Shown piece after piece: positions 29,131 to 39,265 of a stretch of DNA of 64,000 nt; the stretch's first letter is position 1; each line of letters opens with the position of its first letter. The notes under the pieces are model-generated. The model was not told where the DNA came from, made no database searches, and saw only the letters and a program-made list of their open reading frames with translations. Location of the stretch: positions 96,001-160,000 of the forward strand of contig JANRKO010000039.1 of NCBI GenBank assembly GCA_033763455.1, in the 5' to 3' direction. The position numbers and the translations under genes are program-made. Source of the stretch: Polyangiaceae bacterium. Lineage in GTDB: Bacteria; Myxococcota_A; Polyangia; Polyangiales; Polyangiaceae.

Positions 29131-30474
29131 TCAAAGTGAAAGCGGTGTGCCGCTCAAGCCTGGATCCCCAATTGAGGCGAGAGGGACACCCATTGCCTGA
29201 GCGATAGACAGCCATAGGTCATTATGCGCCTTGCCCTGCGCGTCGACCGTTTGGCCCAGCTTCTGGAACGCCCCACCTCCCCGCCCAGCTATCATGACCG
29301 GCAGAGGGCTATGGATATGTATACCGTTGCTCATCTCTGAGGTGATCACGACAATGCTATTGTCGAGCACTGAGCCGCCACCCTCACTGGTGGCCTTCAA
29401 GCGGTTCACAAAGCCTCCCATCTGATCGGTGTACCAGGTTTGGATCTTCTGGAAGATGATCTCGTTTTCTGGGCTTTCGTGATCGTGCTGGAAGCCATGA
29501 TGTTGGTCTGGCGCTGCCGCATACTCAGGGATCCAATCGAACGTCGCGATCACTTCGACCGAAGGCGCCCACTGGAACGTCGCGATACGCGTGAGATCAC
29601 AGTTGATAGCCTGATACAAGAGATCAAGCTGGAGAGCTGCTAACTTTCGGATATCGACACCGCCCTCCTGGGCGAACTCACCTTTCACAACGCCGGTTTG
29701 ATCAGGAGCCGCACAAGCCGTGCCGGCGCCAGTGGCCACCTGCGTCAGCTGCTTTTCGAGCTCGCGTAGGGATTCGAGATGTTTATCGAGCAGTGGCTTT
29801 TCCGCGCTGCTCGTCGCTCCCTGGAGTGTCGTCACCTCAGTCTTCAAGAAATCGAGGATGCTCTTCTCACGCGCCTTTCTGAGCTCCGCCGCGGGATCCG
29901 GCATGGATCCGCCCGAAGTTGGTGCCGTGAAGCCCGCGAAAAGCTTCTCGAACATCACCACCGGGTCTCGCTCTTGCTGCAAGGCGAAGCCATCAGAATA
30001 AGCGATGCGATCCTGCGGGGTTGCTCCGGGCCAGGGCAGGCCTGCGAACTGAAGGCTTGAAAATTTGGTAAGATTACCTACTTGCTTGGCAATCGCCTGA
30101 TCGATGGAGGTATTCCCACCTCCCGTTAGCAAATTCCGCATGCCGGCTTCGTGCCCCTCCGCCGAATCCCGCTCTGCGGCTGCGAACCTGAGATTCTTGA
30201 ACAAGAGTGTGTCCGACTGGACTGGCTTCAACGAAGCGAGCTGGCCGTCGAAGTTGAAATATGCCAGGTCCGGAAGGTCATTTGTGCCACAAGTGTGGAG
30301 TTGGTAACAGGCAGAGGGCACACCGCCTGGAAATTGAAAGAAGATGGCGCGCTTGGGCGCGCCGCTCTGCGCCTCCGCCAAAGTCTGACGAAAGACTGGT
30401 GCTGCTAGAAAGGCGCTGGCACCGAGCGCTCCGAGTAGTTCACGACGGCGTAGAATTGCTCTTGAAGAAGTCAT
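29131..30474 (-). CDS. DUF1552 family protein (copy 2)
   Basis: Twin-Arg RRRELL, SIDQAIA, DPVVMFEKLF, CDLTRIAT and VLDNS..SEMS..H motifs. Confidence 0.88.
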   Translation of the reverse strand: MTSSRAILRRRELLGALGASAFLAAPVFRQTLAEAQSGAPKRAIFFQFPGGVPSACYQLHTCGTNDLPDLAYFNFDGQLASLKPVQSDTLLFKNLRFAAAERDSAEGHEAGMRNLLTGGGNTSIDQAIAKQVGNLTKFSSLQFAGLPWPGATPQDRIAYSDGFALQQERDPVVMFEKLFAGFTAPTSGGSMPDPAAELRKAREKSILDFLKTEVTTLQGATSSAEKPLLDKHLESLRELEKQLTQVATGAGTACAAPDQTGVVKGEFAQEGGVDIRKLAALQLDLLYQAINCDLTRIATFQWAPSVEVIATFDWIPEYAAAPDQHHGFQHDHESPENEIIFQKIQTWYTDQMGGFVNRLKATSEGGGSVLDNSIVVITSEMSNGIHIHSPLPVMIAGRGGGAFQKLGQTVDAQGKAHNDLWLSIAQAMGVPLASIGDPGLSGTPLSL

Positions 30475-30497
30475 CAGTGGTACTCCCTAAACTCAGC

Positions 30498-32207
30498 TTA
30501 CGGGTTCGCCGTTCTGGTAACGAACTGGTCGCTCTTGGCCAAAAGCACGAACAGCTCTCGGATGTTGTTGTTGGCCAGCTTGAGGTCTGAAAGGACGGGC
30601 GCAAGCGCCGTAACCTCCGCCGCTGTCTCCGTGTAGCCCATGGCATAACGGAACGCCTGACGAGCCATGCAGCGCTGCACCTCTGCACTCGCAGCTAACC
30701 GGGTTCCAAGCTCACTCGGGCCGTGAAACGGGCCGTTCGCGTCCTCGGTTGCCGTGAGATCGCCGGCATCATCCACTGGCTTACCGTTTTCCATGGTGCG
30801 GTACTGTCCAATGCCGTCGTATCGCTCAAACCCAAACCCAACCGGATCGATCAGCATGTGGCAGCCGGAACACGCTGGGCTACTCGAATGTGCCGCAAAC
30901 CGCTCAATCGTTGTTGCATTGGGATCTTTAGGCACGGGCATCACGTTCAGATCTTTTGGCGGCACCGGAAGCTCCTGGCAGAGCACACGGGTTCGCACGA
31001 ATTTTCCGCGAGCGATTGGGAAAGACTCATCCGAGCGCGAGTGCACGGTGAGCAGCCAGGGCTGGGAGAGCATCCCGGTATCGCCCATCAGTAGGCTGTT
31101 GAGGCTTCCGTCACCGTCCCACGTGGTCTTGCGAATGAAATCGGCCTGCGCCAAGACGGTTGCCTGCCGCATGGCCGCGTCAAACATGGGGTAAACCTCG
31201 GTTGATTTCGGCACCGTGGCGAGCCCGTCGGTCATCGTCCACATCGTCATGAAACGTTCAAGGGGGACCCGAGCCCGCGGGGACTGCATGAGACGCCTTG
31301 CTTGCGCCTCACGCGCGGCGGGCGTGGCAAGCTGATCTTGCGATGCTGCCGCCAAGAGCTCAGCATCTGGTGGAGCACTCCAGAACGCGTAGGACAGCAG
31401 TGAGGCGGTTTCGTGCGACGTTAACACGCGCGTTCCTGCAGCCCCTGGCACGCCGTACTCTGAACGGTACAGAAATTGCGGCGACTGCAGCATGGCTTCC
31501 AGAACCTGCTGAATTGAAGCCGCGTAATCGCTCCGGGTGCGCTCAGTATCAAACAGCGCCGTAAGACGCGTGCTTTCCTCGCCCGTTACCGGACGACGAA
31601 AGAGGGAAGCTCCCATGCTGCTCACGAAGCTGGCAGCGCACGCTGTTTCGGCAGTGCCTCCAGCGCAAGGCGCGAGGGTCGTGAGACCTGCGCCTGTGAG
31701 TGCTTCGACGGCGAGCTTCTTCGCGACGTCTCGGTACTGTGCCGCAAGCGCAGGCGTTACCGCCAAGACCGCGCGCGCGTTGTCGTACCCATCGACCACG
31801 TTGTCGCGAGCGAACGTCGAACCAAAACCTGAAACAATGGCATCCCCGGTTCTCGTCACTTGCGTCGTTTTCAATACGTCCAAAACGGTATTGTCGTACT
31901 CAGTGTGACTTAGGCGTCGAATACCAGGCACCACCCCGGGAGTCCCGGGCTCGCCCGTCCCCGCGCCACCAGTACCTGGCTGCGCCCCGCCACTACCGAC
32001 GCCTGGTCCGGCTCCCGTGGCGGCACTGCTCCCGCCCGCACCTGGCGTTCCCATCCCGGCGCCGCCGGTGGCTCCCGCCATGGGATTATTAGGCGTCTGG
32101 CTATTCGGCCTGCCGCGCTCCGCACCACCCTCAGCGCACCCGACTACGAAGGCTATTGTCGCGATGGCCGTGACCGGCAGCATTCCCCGTGGGTTCTTCC
32201 TTTTCAT
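30498..32207 (-). CDS. DUF1592/DUF1588 domain lipoprotein with CxxCH (copy 2)
   Basis: AAGGAG RBS before ATG 32207; lipobox VVGC; RRLSHTEYDNT, LQSPQFLYR, PIARG and CSGCHMLIDPVGFGFE. Confidence 0.88.
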   Translation of the reverse strand: MKRKNPRGMLPVTAIATIAFVVGCAEGGAERGRPNSQTPNNPMAGATGGAGMGTPGAGGSSAATGAGPGVGSGGAQPGTGGAGTGEPGTPGVVPGIRRLSHTEYDNTVLDVLKTTQVTRTGDAIVSGFGSTFARDNVVDGYDNARAVLAVTPALAAQYRDVAKKLAVEALTGAGLTTLAPCAGGTAETACAASFVSSMGASLFRRPVTGEESTRLTALFDTERTRSDYAASIQQVLEAMLQSPQFLYRSEYGVPGAAGTRVLTSHETASLLSYAFWSAPPDAELLAAASQDQLATPAAREAQARRLMQSPRARVPLERFMTMWTMTDGLATVPKSTEVYPMFDAAMRQATVLAQADFIRKTTWDGDGSLNSLLMGDTGMLSQPWLLTVHSRSDESFPIARGKFVRTRVLCQELPVPPKDLNVMPVPKDPNATTIERFAAHSSSPACSGCHMLIDPVGFGFERYDGIGQYRTMENGKPVDDAGDLTATEDANGPFHGPSELGTRLAASAEVQRCMARQAFRYAMGYTETAAEVTALAPVLSDLKLANNNIRELFVLLAKSDQFVTRTANP

Positions 32208-32673
32208 AGCTCTCCTTCGCTCACAGCTCATTACGGAGCTCAGTCTGATCAACGGCACGCGCAGGCTCCTAGTGGCAATGGTCGTCGGCACGCCGACAAC
32301 TCATCTAGGTAAACGAATTGTTCGCGATCAGACTCAAATACACCAGGAGAATTTCCACTAATTTCAAGCAGCTTTGCGCCAACGGTATCAAGCAGTGACC
32401 CGCACATATCCGACATCGTCGACGCGTTCGCGCTCCACCCGGGATTGATAATTACAAGCGGCACTTTCGAGAGCGGTACATATTGCCCACATCGCTCTGG
32501 TGTCTAAGAGCTTTACGGTCCAATCCCGCTATTAATTGTCCAGCCACACGATGCGTGTCCGGACATATTTGCGTCAGATCAGGCCAACACGGTAAGGTAT
32601 CGGCAGAGCCGTTCCGGGTGGTCGCGACGCTCGGGCCGCGGGTGGTGCTGGCTACGTGCCACTCGCCCTGCCC

Positions 32674-33906
32674 CTACGCCGAAAGCCGAGGCAGCCGATG
32701 CGCCGAACCCCAGCGCCTAACAAAGAGCGCCAGGCAACACACAACACCCGCCACCACACTCCATAAATCCATATGGTCGTGCTCAATCAACCACCCCGAA
32801 AGCGGAGCTGCCGTAATGCTCGCCACCGACGCCAAACTTTGGCTGAGCCCAAGCACAACGCCTTGCTCGTGTTTTTCCGCGGCACGCGATAACAGGCTCG
32901 TGAGATTCGGCCGCAACATGGCATTGCCAGCCGCGATGAGCGCAGTGGCAACCACAAGATAAAATACGGGCTCGATCCGCGGCAGCATTAGAAAGCCGCC
33001 GCCTAGAAGCACCAGGCCTACGGCGACTAACGGCGCCTCCCCAAAACGACGCACCAACCTGCCTAAGAGCCCCCCCTGAATGACAATACCAACGGCACCC
33101 GCTAAGCCATACAACCACCCGATTTGTTCGGCGCCAAAGGCATGCCCCTGCCACGTGTAGCGCCGCTCGGCAAAGAGAGCGAATCCGCTCATGAACATCG
33201 AAAACACGAACAAATAGAGAAAGAACTCCAGGAGAATTCCGCCGATAACCGGGCGCGCAAAGTAGCGACACCAAAGCGCCCAATCGAACGCAGAAGCACG
33301 CCTCCCGGTGGGCAATCCGCTTGGATCCAGCGTGTGCGCGGGAACGCCCTTGGGCAAGATCGTTGCCGTACAGAGAATGCTCGTGGCCGAAAGCGACGCC
33401 GCCGCCAAAAATGGAGCCGCGTAGCTAATGTGGGAAAGCGACGCGGCGATGGTGGGGCCCAACATGAACCCAACACCAAATGCAATACCAATAATAGCGA
33501 ACGATTTGGCGCGGTTCTCCGGCGCTGTATTATCGGCAATATAGGCTTGAGCGACACTCAGATTGCCGGCGGTGAACCCGTCGATGAGCCTGCCCAAAAA
33601 CACCCACCAGAGCGAATTGGCTCCGGCGATGATCAGAAAGCCCATCAACGTGCCGCACTGGCTGAGAAGTAGCACCGGGCGCCGCCCCCACTTATCCGAC
33701 AAGCCACCCAAGATGGGTCCAGCAATCAGCTGACAGAACGCATACGTCGGCACCAAGAGCGACGCCACGAACGCAGAGGCTCCGAACTTTTCTGCGTAGA
33801 GGGGCAGCAAGGGCAACACGATCGTGAGCCCAAGCACATCCACCAACACGATCAGAAAGATCGGATAGAGCGGCTTGGAACTAGCGGGGGATGTGGATTC
33901 CGCCAT
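32674..33906 (-). CDS. MFS transporter, TetA/DHA1-like
   Basis: About 12 TM helices, GGLSDKWGRRP (motif A) and GFMLGP (motif C). Confidence 0.9.
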   Translation of the reverse strand: MAESTSPASSKPLYPIFLIVLVDVLGLTIVLPLLPLYAEKFGASAFVASLLVPTYAFCQLIAGPILGGLSDKWGRRPVLLLSQCGTLMGFLIIAGANSLWWVFLGRLIDGFTAGNLSVAQAYIADNTAPENRAKSFAIIGIAFGVGFMLGPTIAASLSHISYAAPFLAAASLSATSILCTATILPKGVPAHTLDPSGLPTGRRASAFDWALWCRYFARPVIGGILLEFFLYLFVFSMFMSGFALFAERRYTWQGHAFGAEQIGWLYGLAGAVGIVIQGGLLGRLVRRFGEAPLVAVGLVLLGGGFLMLPRIEPVFYLVVATALIAAGNAMLRPNLTSLLSRAAEKHEQGVVLGLSQSLASVASITAAPLSGWLIEHDHMDLWSVVAGVVCCLALFVRRWGSAHRLPRLSA

Positions 33907-34125
33907 AGCGGGTTCGTCTCATCCCCCGATGCGGGGCCGTTGGCAACTTGGGGTACGGGAACAGTCGAAAGCTCGGCTCCCTATGATGGCGGGCTCACGC
34001 GCGCTGCACTGCCCTGTCAGGGGTTGCGCTCCCCTCCGGGGAGACGTTTAGAGACTACGGACCAGGATTACCCCGGCTGGCGACTCGACGAGGCGGCACT
34101 TGCCCTTGCAGGGTGTCACGGTGAC

Positions 34126-34347
34126 CAATACGAACAGCTCGACCCTCGCCTGACGCGACAGATTGACAAAGCGCTAGGGCGCATTCAGTCCCAGTCTGAG
34201 ATGGGAAAACCGCTACGGGGCGAACTGCACGGCATCTGGTCAGAACGCGTTTCGTTATTTCGCATTCTTTACAAGATCAATCGCTCCACCATTGAAGTTC
34301 TAATTTTGGTTATCGAACATCGAAAGCTTGTTTACGGAGGGCATTAA
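34126..34347 (+). pseudogene. RelE/ParE family toxin, N-terminus atypical or eroded
   Basis: QYEQLDP...GKPLRGELHGIWSERVSLFRILYKI....VLILVIEHRKLVY; no convincing start codon with RBS found, so the left boundary is approximate. Confidence 0.65.
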
Positions 34348-34351
34348 ACCC

Positions 34352-34552
34352 ATGCGACACACTATTCTTTCTATTAGCAAAGCAAAAACGCATCTGCTCG
34401 AGCTCGCTCGCCAAGTGGACGAAGAGGGTCGCGCCTACGTCGTTACCAAAGACGGAGCCCCACTCTGTGCGTTGGTGCCTATGGAGGCCTACGAGGCCAT
34501 GCTTGAGGCGTCCTTAGTCGCACGAGATGGCCGCCCCCTCATTTGTTTGTAG
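34352..34552 (+). CDS. Phd/YefM family antitoxin (C-terminus possibly truncated)
   Basis: GGAGG at 34336-34340, then MRHTILSISKAKTHLLELARQV..GRAYVVTKDGAP..ALVPMEAYE. Confidence 0.8.
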   Translation: MRHTILSISKAKTHLLELARQVDEEGRAYVVTKDGAPLCALVPMEAYEAMLEASLVARDGRPLICL

Positions 34553-34689
34553 GCCAGTGAAGGGTGTAAATGCGCCAGATAGATTCCCGGTGAAGGCCTG
34601 CTCAATCGAATTTGGCCCTTCTGCACTTGAGCACTGATTCCGACGCACTTGAGCGGTAGGTCGTCGACAGCGGAGCCTCGCGATGGGTG

Positions 34690-34885
34690 CACGCGACATC
34701 CGCCGCACAGCACGCCGTCTCGAGAACGCTAAGCTCGCCATGCGTGCTCCATGGAACATGTGCGTTGTGATCCGCTACGTGGCCTCGAAAAAGGCGTTGT
34801 CCGGCAGTTGGCTTCCTGCCGATGGATCCGTGAAAAACACAACGTCGGTGTCGTCGGCACGACGGGCGTAAGCAAGAGCTACCTT
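34690..34885 (+). mobile_element. istB: Degenerate IS21 IstB (helper ATPase) fragment
   Basis: RRTARRLENAKL, a frameshift, then MEHVRCDPLRGLEKGVVRQLASCRWIREKHNVGVVGTTGVSKSYL with a decayed Walker A; similarity ends after that. Confidence 0.75.
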
Positions 34886-35110
34886 TGGCTGCCCTCACCG
34901 ATTGCGCTTGTCGCGCTGGGAGGAACTCGCCCTAGCACGCATAGCTTGATGCAACCATTCGTAGGCCCTTACCGAGCTGTTACTGCCGGACCAGGGGCCT
35001 ATCACTTGCCAATCTCGCAGGCTGCGCGCAAACGCAACGTTCCACCTTTGGGTTGACCTCACTCCAGGTGCGAAACTGAATTCCGCCCGCCCCCCAAACC
35101 CGGAGGTTCT

Positions 35111-35815
35111 TCATTGAATGGGGCTGAACACGTACCCGAAGTGACAGAACGTGCAGCTGAAGGCTCCGTCTTTAGGAGCTGTCTTGAAGAAGGGTGCCGC
35201 TTCGCTAAACGCGCCGCCCGTTTGGTCATTAAACAGCTTCTTATCGCCAACGCCGTAGTACGCCCACGCCGCCGCGTCACCGTCGACTTTCAAATTGGCA
35301 GCTACTCCAATCATTGCGCCTTGCGCGTCGTACATTTCCTTCACCACCATGCTGCCGGTCGTGTGGGGCTTTTCCACTTTGTTCATCACCAGTGCGCCAT
35401 TTCCGGCCGCAGATGATGCTTGGAGCGTATCATTGAAATACACGCGAACCTTGCCGTGGGGCGACGCGGAGTTAGGCAGTGCATCGCGAGGTGCGGCCCC
35501 CTCGCTCTTCCACGGCGCCGCCTTGTGCGTACCCGCAGCGAGAAACGCCTTGATGGCATCCACGGTTGCTTGCGGCGCCGAGCCCGTCGGGGTGTTGCCG
35601 CCTCCGCCGCTACCAGTACTCGCCCCACCCGTAGCTTTGCTCCCACCGGTGGTGCTGGCAGCCCCGCCCGTAGCCTTGTTGCCACCGACGGCCGTACTCG
35701 AACCGCCTGTACCCGTTTGCGTGCCTCCCCCGCTAACGCTGTCGTCCGATGCGCAGCCGACCGCAAACAAAGAGATAGAAGCACCTAGAAGCAAAGACCA
35801 ACGGAGGTTCAACAT
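35111..35815 (-). CDS. Lipoprotein with a cytochrome P460-like monoheme domain
   Basis: Lipobox FAVGC, Gly/Ser/Thr linker, HGKVRVYFN, GSMVVKEMY, WAYY and C-terminal CTFCH. Confidence 0.65.
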   Translation of the reverse strand: MLNLRWSLLLGASISLFAVGCASDDSVSGGGTQTGTGGSSTAVGGNKATGGAASTTGGSKATGGASTGSGGGGNTPTGSAPQATVDAIKAFLAAGTHKAAPWKSEGAAPRDALPNSASPHGKVRVYFNDTLQASSAAGNGALVMNKVEKPHTTGSMVVKEMYDAQGAMIGVAANLKVDGDAAAWAYYGVGDKKLFNDQTGGAFSEAAPFFKTAPKDGAFSCTFCHFGYVFSPIQ

Positions 35816-36009
35816 GGTGCGCACTTTATGCCCGGAGGCCGGAGCGAGCCAACAAAAACGTATCTTGTGCGTGGGTCCCCCGCTCCCGGCCTCCAGGCCT
35901 GCAAGAGCACTGGCCGCAAACAGCCTCCGTAATCTGGCCGAATCGAACGATGCTGAGCACCCAGGGGCATGCTGCCCGTCAACAACGCACAGACATGCGA
36001 TTCACGTCG

Positions 36010-36096
36010 AACATCCCCGACCGACACCCGTTCCAAACATTCCCGAAACATAAGGGAGGCGAGAGTTCCGACACATTCCCGAAACCGGAGGTCTCG
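36010..36096 (+). promoter_or_regulatory. Leader with repeated ACATTCCCGAAAC and an RBS-sequestering hairpin
   Basis: Exact 13-mers at 36037-36049 and 36073-36085, degenerate ACATCCCCGA at 36011; stem 36060-36070 pairs with 36086-36096, which includes GGAGG. Confidence 0.55.
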
Positions 36097-36101
36097 TCAT
36101 T

Positions 36102-37190
36102 ATGTTCAGTCGCCGAAGCTGGCTATCCGCCGTATGCGCTCTACCCCTCGCTCTCATTGGCTGCCAGAAGAGTGAAGCACCCGCTCCCCAGGTAACGCCC
36201 GAAGCCGCCAAAGCAGAGGCCGCGGTGAGTCCGGCGAAAGCTGAAGCGAAACCGGAAGCGCCGGCCCCGACGAAGGGCAAGCCGCTCGCTATTGCTTACA
36301 GCGACTGGCCCGGTTGGGTGGCCTGGGAAATTGGGATCCAAAAAGGCTGGTTCAAAGAAGCTGGCGTTGAGGTGGATTTTAAGTGGTTTGAATACGTACC
36401 TTCTATGGAGGCCTTCTCCGCCGGAAAAGTCGATGCCGTGACGATGACTAATGGCGACGCTTTGGTGACAGGTTCAAGCGGTGCGCCAAGTGTTGCGATT
36501 CTGATCAACGATTACAGTAACGGCAACGATATGGTGGTGGCCAAGCCCGGCATCAACAAACCAGCTGATTTGAAGGGAAAAAAGGTTGGCGTTGAAGTCG
36601 GATTTGTAAGCCACCTTTTGCTCCTCAACGCGCTCAAAGCGGGCGGCCTCACCGAAAAGGACATCAAGATCGTCAATGTTCCCACGGATCAAACTCCGCA
36701 AACCCTAAAGTCCGGTTCGGTGGATGCGATCGTTGCGTGGCAGCCGAACAGCGGTGCCGCTCTCAAAGAGGTGCCCTCCGCCAAGGCTGTGTTCACAAGT
36801 GCCAACGTGCCCGGCCTCATTTACGACGTGCTCAGTGTTTCCCCCAAGAGCCTCACCGAACGACGTGAAGATTGGAAGAAGGTGGTCGGGGTATGGATGC
36901 GCATTGCAGATTTCGTGACCGATCCGAAAAATGCCGACGAAGCCGCCAAGATTATGAGCGCTCGGGTGGGCCTCAAGCCTGAAGAATACAAGCCCCTAAT
37001 GAAGGGCACATTCTTCTTGAACCTTGCAGGCAATCAGAAGCACTTCGCCAAAGGCGATACGCTCGAATCCATCTATAATTCCACTGAGGTGGTTAACAAA
37101 TTCCAAGTGGAAAACAAGGTCTACAAGCAAGCCGCTGTGATCGAACCGTACCTCGATCGCTCCCTCGTGGATGAACTCGCAAAGAAGTGA
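36102..37190 (+). CDS. ABC transporter substrate-binding lipoprotein (SsuA/NMT1-like), probably guanidine
   Basis: Lipobox [19 protein letters not shown] and LKGKKVGVE; first gene of the operon containing the GdmH-like enzyme. Confidence 0.85.
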   Translation: MFSRRSWLSAVCALPLALIGCQKSEAPAPQVTPEAAKAEAAVSPAKAEAKPEAPAPTKGKPLAIAYSDWPGWVAWEIGIQKGWFKEAGVEVDFKWFEYVPSMEAFSAGKVDAVTMTNGDALVTGSSGAPSVAILINDYSNGNDMVVAKPGINKPADLKGKKVGVEVGFVSHLLLLNALKAGGLTEKDIKIVNVPTDQTPQTLKSGSVDAIVAWQPNSGAALKEVPSAKAVFTSANVPGLIYDVLSVSPKSLTERREDWKKVVGVWMRIADFVTDPKNADEAAKIMSARVGLKPEEYKPLMKGTFFLNLAGNQKHFAKGDTLESIYNSTEVVNKFQVENKVYKQAAVIEPYLDRSLVDELAKK

Positions 37191-37225
37191 ACCAGAGCGC
37201 GCTGAATCCTGAAACCTAAGAGTAG

Positions 37226-38362
37226 ATGAGAGTGGCACGAACCGGGCTGTTTGCCGTCCGCAAGGAACTCCCCACACGGGCGCGTTTGGTCCTGGTAACG
37301 CTCGCGTTCGTGTTGCCGCTCGCCGTATGGAGCTTCGTTAGCTACGTGCCTTGGGTTTGGCACCCGCTGGTGTTGGTAGAGCATGCCGGCGACTCCAAGG
37401 TGGCAGGAACCTATGACTACTTGGAGGCGGGCCAACTCGTCGAAAAAGAGGCGTTCGTCGGCCGCAACCAAGAGCTTGCAAGGGCGGGCAAAAAGCTCGC
37501 ACAGGGCTCGCCGGCAAACCCCATCTACTTGCCCGCCCCGCACGAGGTTGCCCGCGCGTTCTATACCGCCTTCACAACGGAACCCGAGCGTACAGGCGAC
37601 AAGTGGCTCCATGAGAGCCTTTGGCACAGCTGCAAGATCATCTTCGCGGGTTTCTTCTATGCGGCAATCTTGGGCGTTCCTCTCGGCATTCTGTGTGGGA
37701 CCTTTGGCTTTTTCGCCAAGTTATTCGAGCCCTTCGTGGATTTTGTGCGCTACATGCCAGCGCCGGTATTCGGAGCGCTGGCAGTGGCCGTAGTGGGCCT
37801 TGAAGACGAACCCAAGATCGCGATTATCTTCATCGGTACGTTCTTTCAAATGGTGTTGGTGGTTTCAAACACGACGCGCCAGCTGGATATTGCGCTGTTG
37901 GAAGCCGCGCAAACACTGGGCGCCAAAAACCGACAGCTTTTGATGCGGGTGGTGGTGCCGGGGATCTTGCCTCGCCTGTATCAAGATATGCGGATCTTGA
38001 TCGGATGGGCATGGACGTATCTGGTAGTTGCTGAGCTCATTGGTGAAAAATCCGGCATTAGCGCATTCCTTTATCAGCAACAGCGCTACCGCCACTTCGA
38101 CAACGTCTACGCGTCCATCATCATGATTGGCCTTATTGGCCTTCTCACCGATCAGTTGCTCGCCTTTGTCGGCGGGTTCCTCTTTCCCTGGGAAGGAGAA
38201 GGTCAAGGCCTCTCGCGCTGGATCAAGAATCTGCGCGGGCGTCGTGCTGCTCGCGATTTAGCCAGCCCGAGGACCCAGAGCACAAGCGCTAGCCTTGCAA
38301 CAGTTGTCGGCTCCCAAGCTATTTCGCTCACGGGTTCGACGCACACAAAAGAGTCCCCATGA
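37226..38362 (+). CDS. ABC transporter permease (SsuC/TauC-like)
   Basis: [22 protein letters not shown] (EAA loop) and WTYLVVAE. Confidence 0.9.
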   Translation: MRVARTGLFAVRKELPTRARLVLVTLAFVLPLAVWSFVSYVPWVWHPLVLVEHAGDSKVAGTYDYLEAGQLVEKEAFVGRNQELARAGKKLAQGSPANPIYLPAPHEVARAFYTAFTTEPERTGDKWLHESLWHSCKIIFAGFFYAAILGVPLGILCGTFGFFAKLFEPFVDFVRYMPAPVFGALAVAVVGLEDEPKIAIIFIGTFFQMVLVVSNTTRQLDIALLEAAQTLGAKNRQLLMRVVVPGILPRLYQDMRILIGWAWTYLVVAELIGEKSGISAFLYQQQRYRHFDNVYASIIMIGLIGLLTDQLLAFVGGFLFPWEGEGQGLSRWIKNLRGRRAARDLASPRTQSTSASLATVVGSQAISLTGSTHTKESP

Positions 38363-39264
38363 CCCTCGATGCATCCGCTGCCATGAGCACTGACGATCGC
38401 CTCGCCCTGCCCGATTACAGGGACCAATCCCCTGAAGTTGCCGCCTATTTTCGCGAAATCAGGCAACGCCCAGTGGTCATGAGCGTGGAGCAGCTCTCGC
38501 GCCACTTCGAGAGCAGCCGTGGCACTATCACCGCCCTTTCAGATATCAACTACGACGTCCGCAAACGTGAGTTCATCTCCGTCATTGGGCCCTCGGGCTG
38601 CGGCAAATCCACGCTCATTCGTATCCTTGCGGGGTTGGATTACCCTTCCGAAGGCACCGTGCTTCTGGATGGCAAGCCCGTGCATGCTCCCGGAGCGGAC
38701 CGCGGCATGGTGTTCCAGGGCTACACGCTTTTCCCCTGGCTCACGGTCCGTAAGAACGTGGCCTTTGGTTTGCGCATGAAGGGCATGAAAGGTAGCGAAG
38801 TGGAAAAGCAGGTAGATCACTGGCTAGAGGTGGTTGGCCTCACTCGCTTTGAACGCCATTATCCGCATCAGCTCTCTGGCGGTATGAAGCAACGCGTTGC
38901 CATCGCGCGAGCACTCGCCAATGGGCCCCGCATCTTGCTGATGGATGAACCTTTTGGCGCCCTGGATGCCCAAACCCGCGCCAGCATGCAGGCTCATCTG
39001 CTTCAGATCTGGCAGGACGTTGACGTTACTATCCTGTTCATTACGCACGATTTGGACGAGGCCGTTTACCTCTCCGATCGCATCGTGGTGCTCGGCGCCC
39101 ACCCTGGCCACATCCGCGAGATCATCGAGGTGAATGTGCCGCGGCCGCGCTCGCCATCGCAGTTCCTTACTGGGCATTTCCTCGCCACAAAAAAGCGACT
39201 AGAGGAGCTCATCCACCCCGCCCGCCCTGCCCACGCTCCCAACCACGAAGACCTCGAGAACTGA
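38359..39264 (+). CDS. ABC transporter ATP-binding protein (SsuB/TauB-like)
   Basis: [28 protein letters not shown] and ITHD; ATGA overlap with the permease. Confidence 0.93.
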   Translation: MTLDASAAMSTDDRLALPDYRDQSPEVAAYFREIRQRPVVMSVEQLSRHFESSRGTITALSDINYDVRKREFISVIGPSGCGKSTLIRILAGLDYPSEGTVLLDGKPVHAPGADRGMVFQGYTLFPWLTVRKNVAFGLRMKGMKGSEVEKQVDHWLEVVGLTRFERHYPHQLSGGMKQRVAIARALANGPRILLMDEPFGALDAQTRASMQAHLLQIWQDVDVTILFITHDLDEAVYLSDRIVVLGAHPGHIREIIEVNVPRPRSPSQFLTGHFLATKKRLEELIHPARPAHAPNHEDLEN

Positions 39265-39265
39265 T

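Noticed and set aside
28485..29215. Overlapping 65-198 aa ORFs on both strands
   Set aside because: No recognisable motifs or RBS and mutually conflicting frames; left uncalled.
35060..35100. tRNA-3'-like fragment near the IS remnant
   Set aside because: No TTCG T-loop or cloverleaf could be built.
35295..36053. 252-aa plus-strand ORF
   Set aside because: Antisense to the cytochrome lipoprotein, which has a lipobox and CxxCH.
35825..36101. Canonical guanidine riboswitch or sigma-54 promoter
   Set aside because: No guanidine-I 3' stem, no paired ACGR tetraloops and no correctly spaced GG-N10-GC were found by eye; needs an Infernal scan to confirm.
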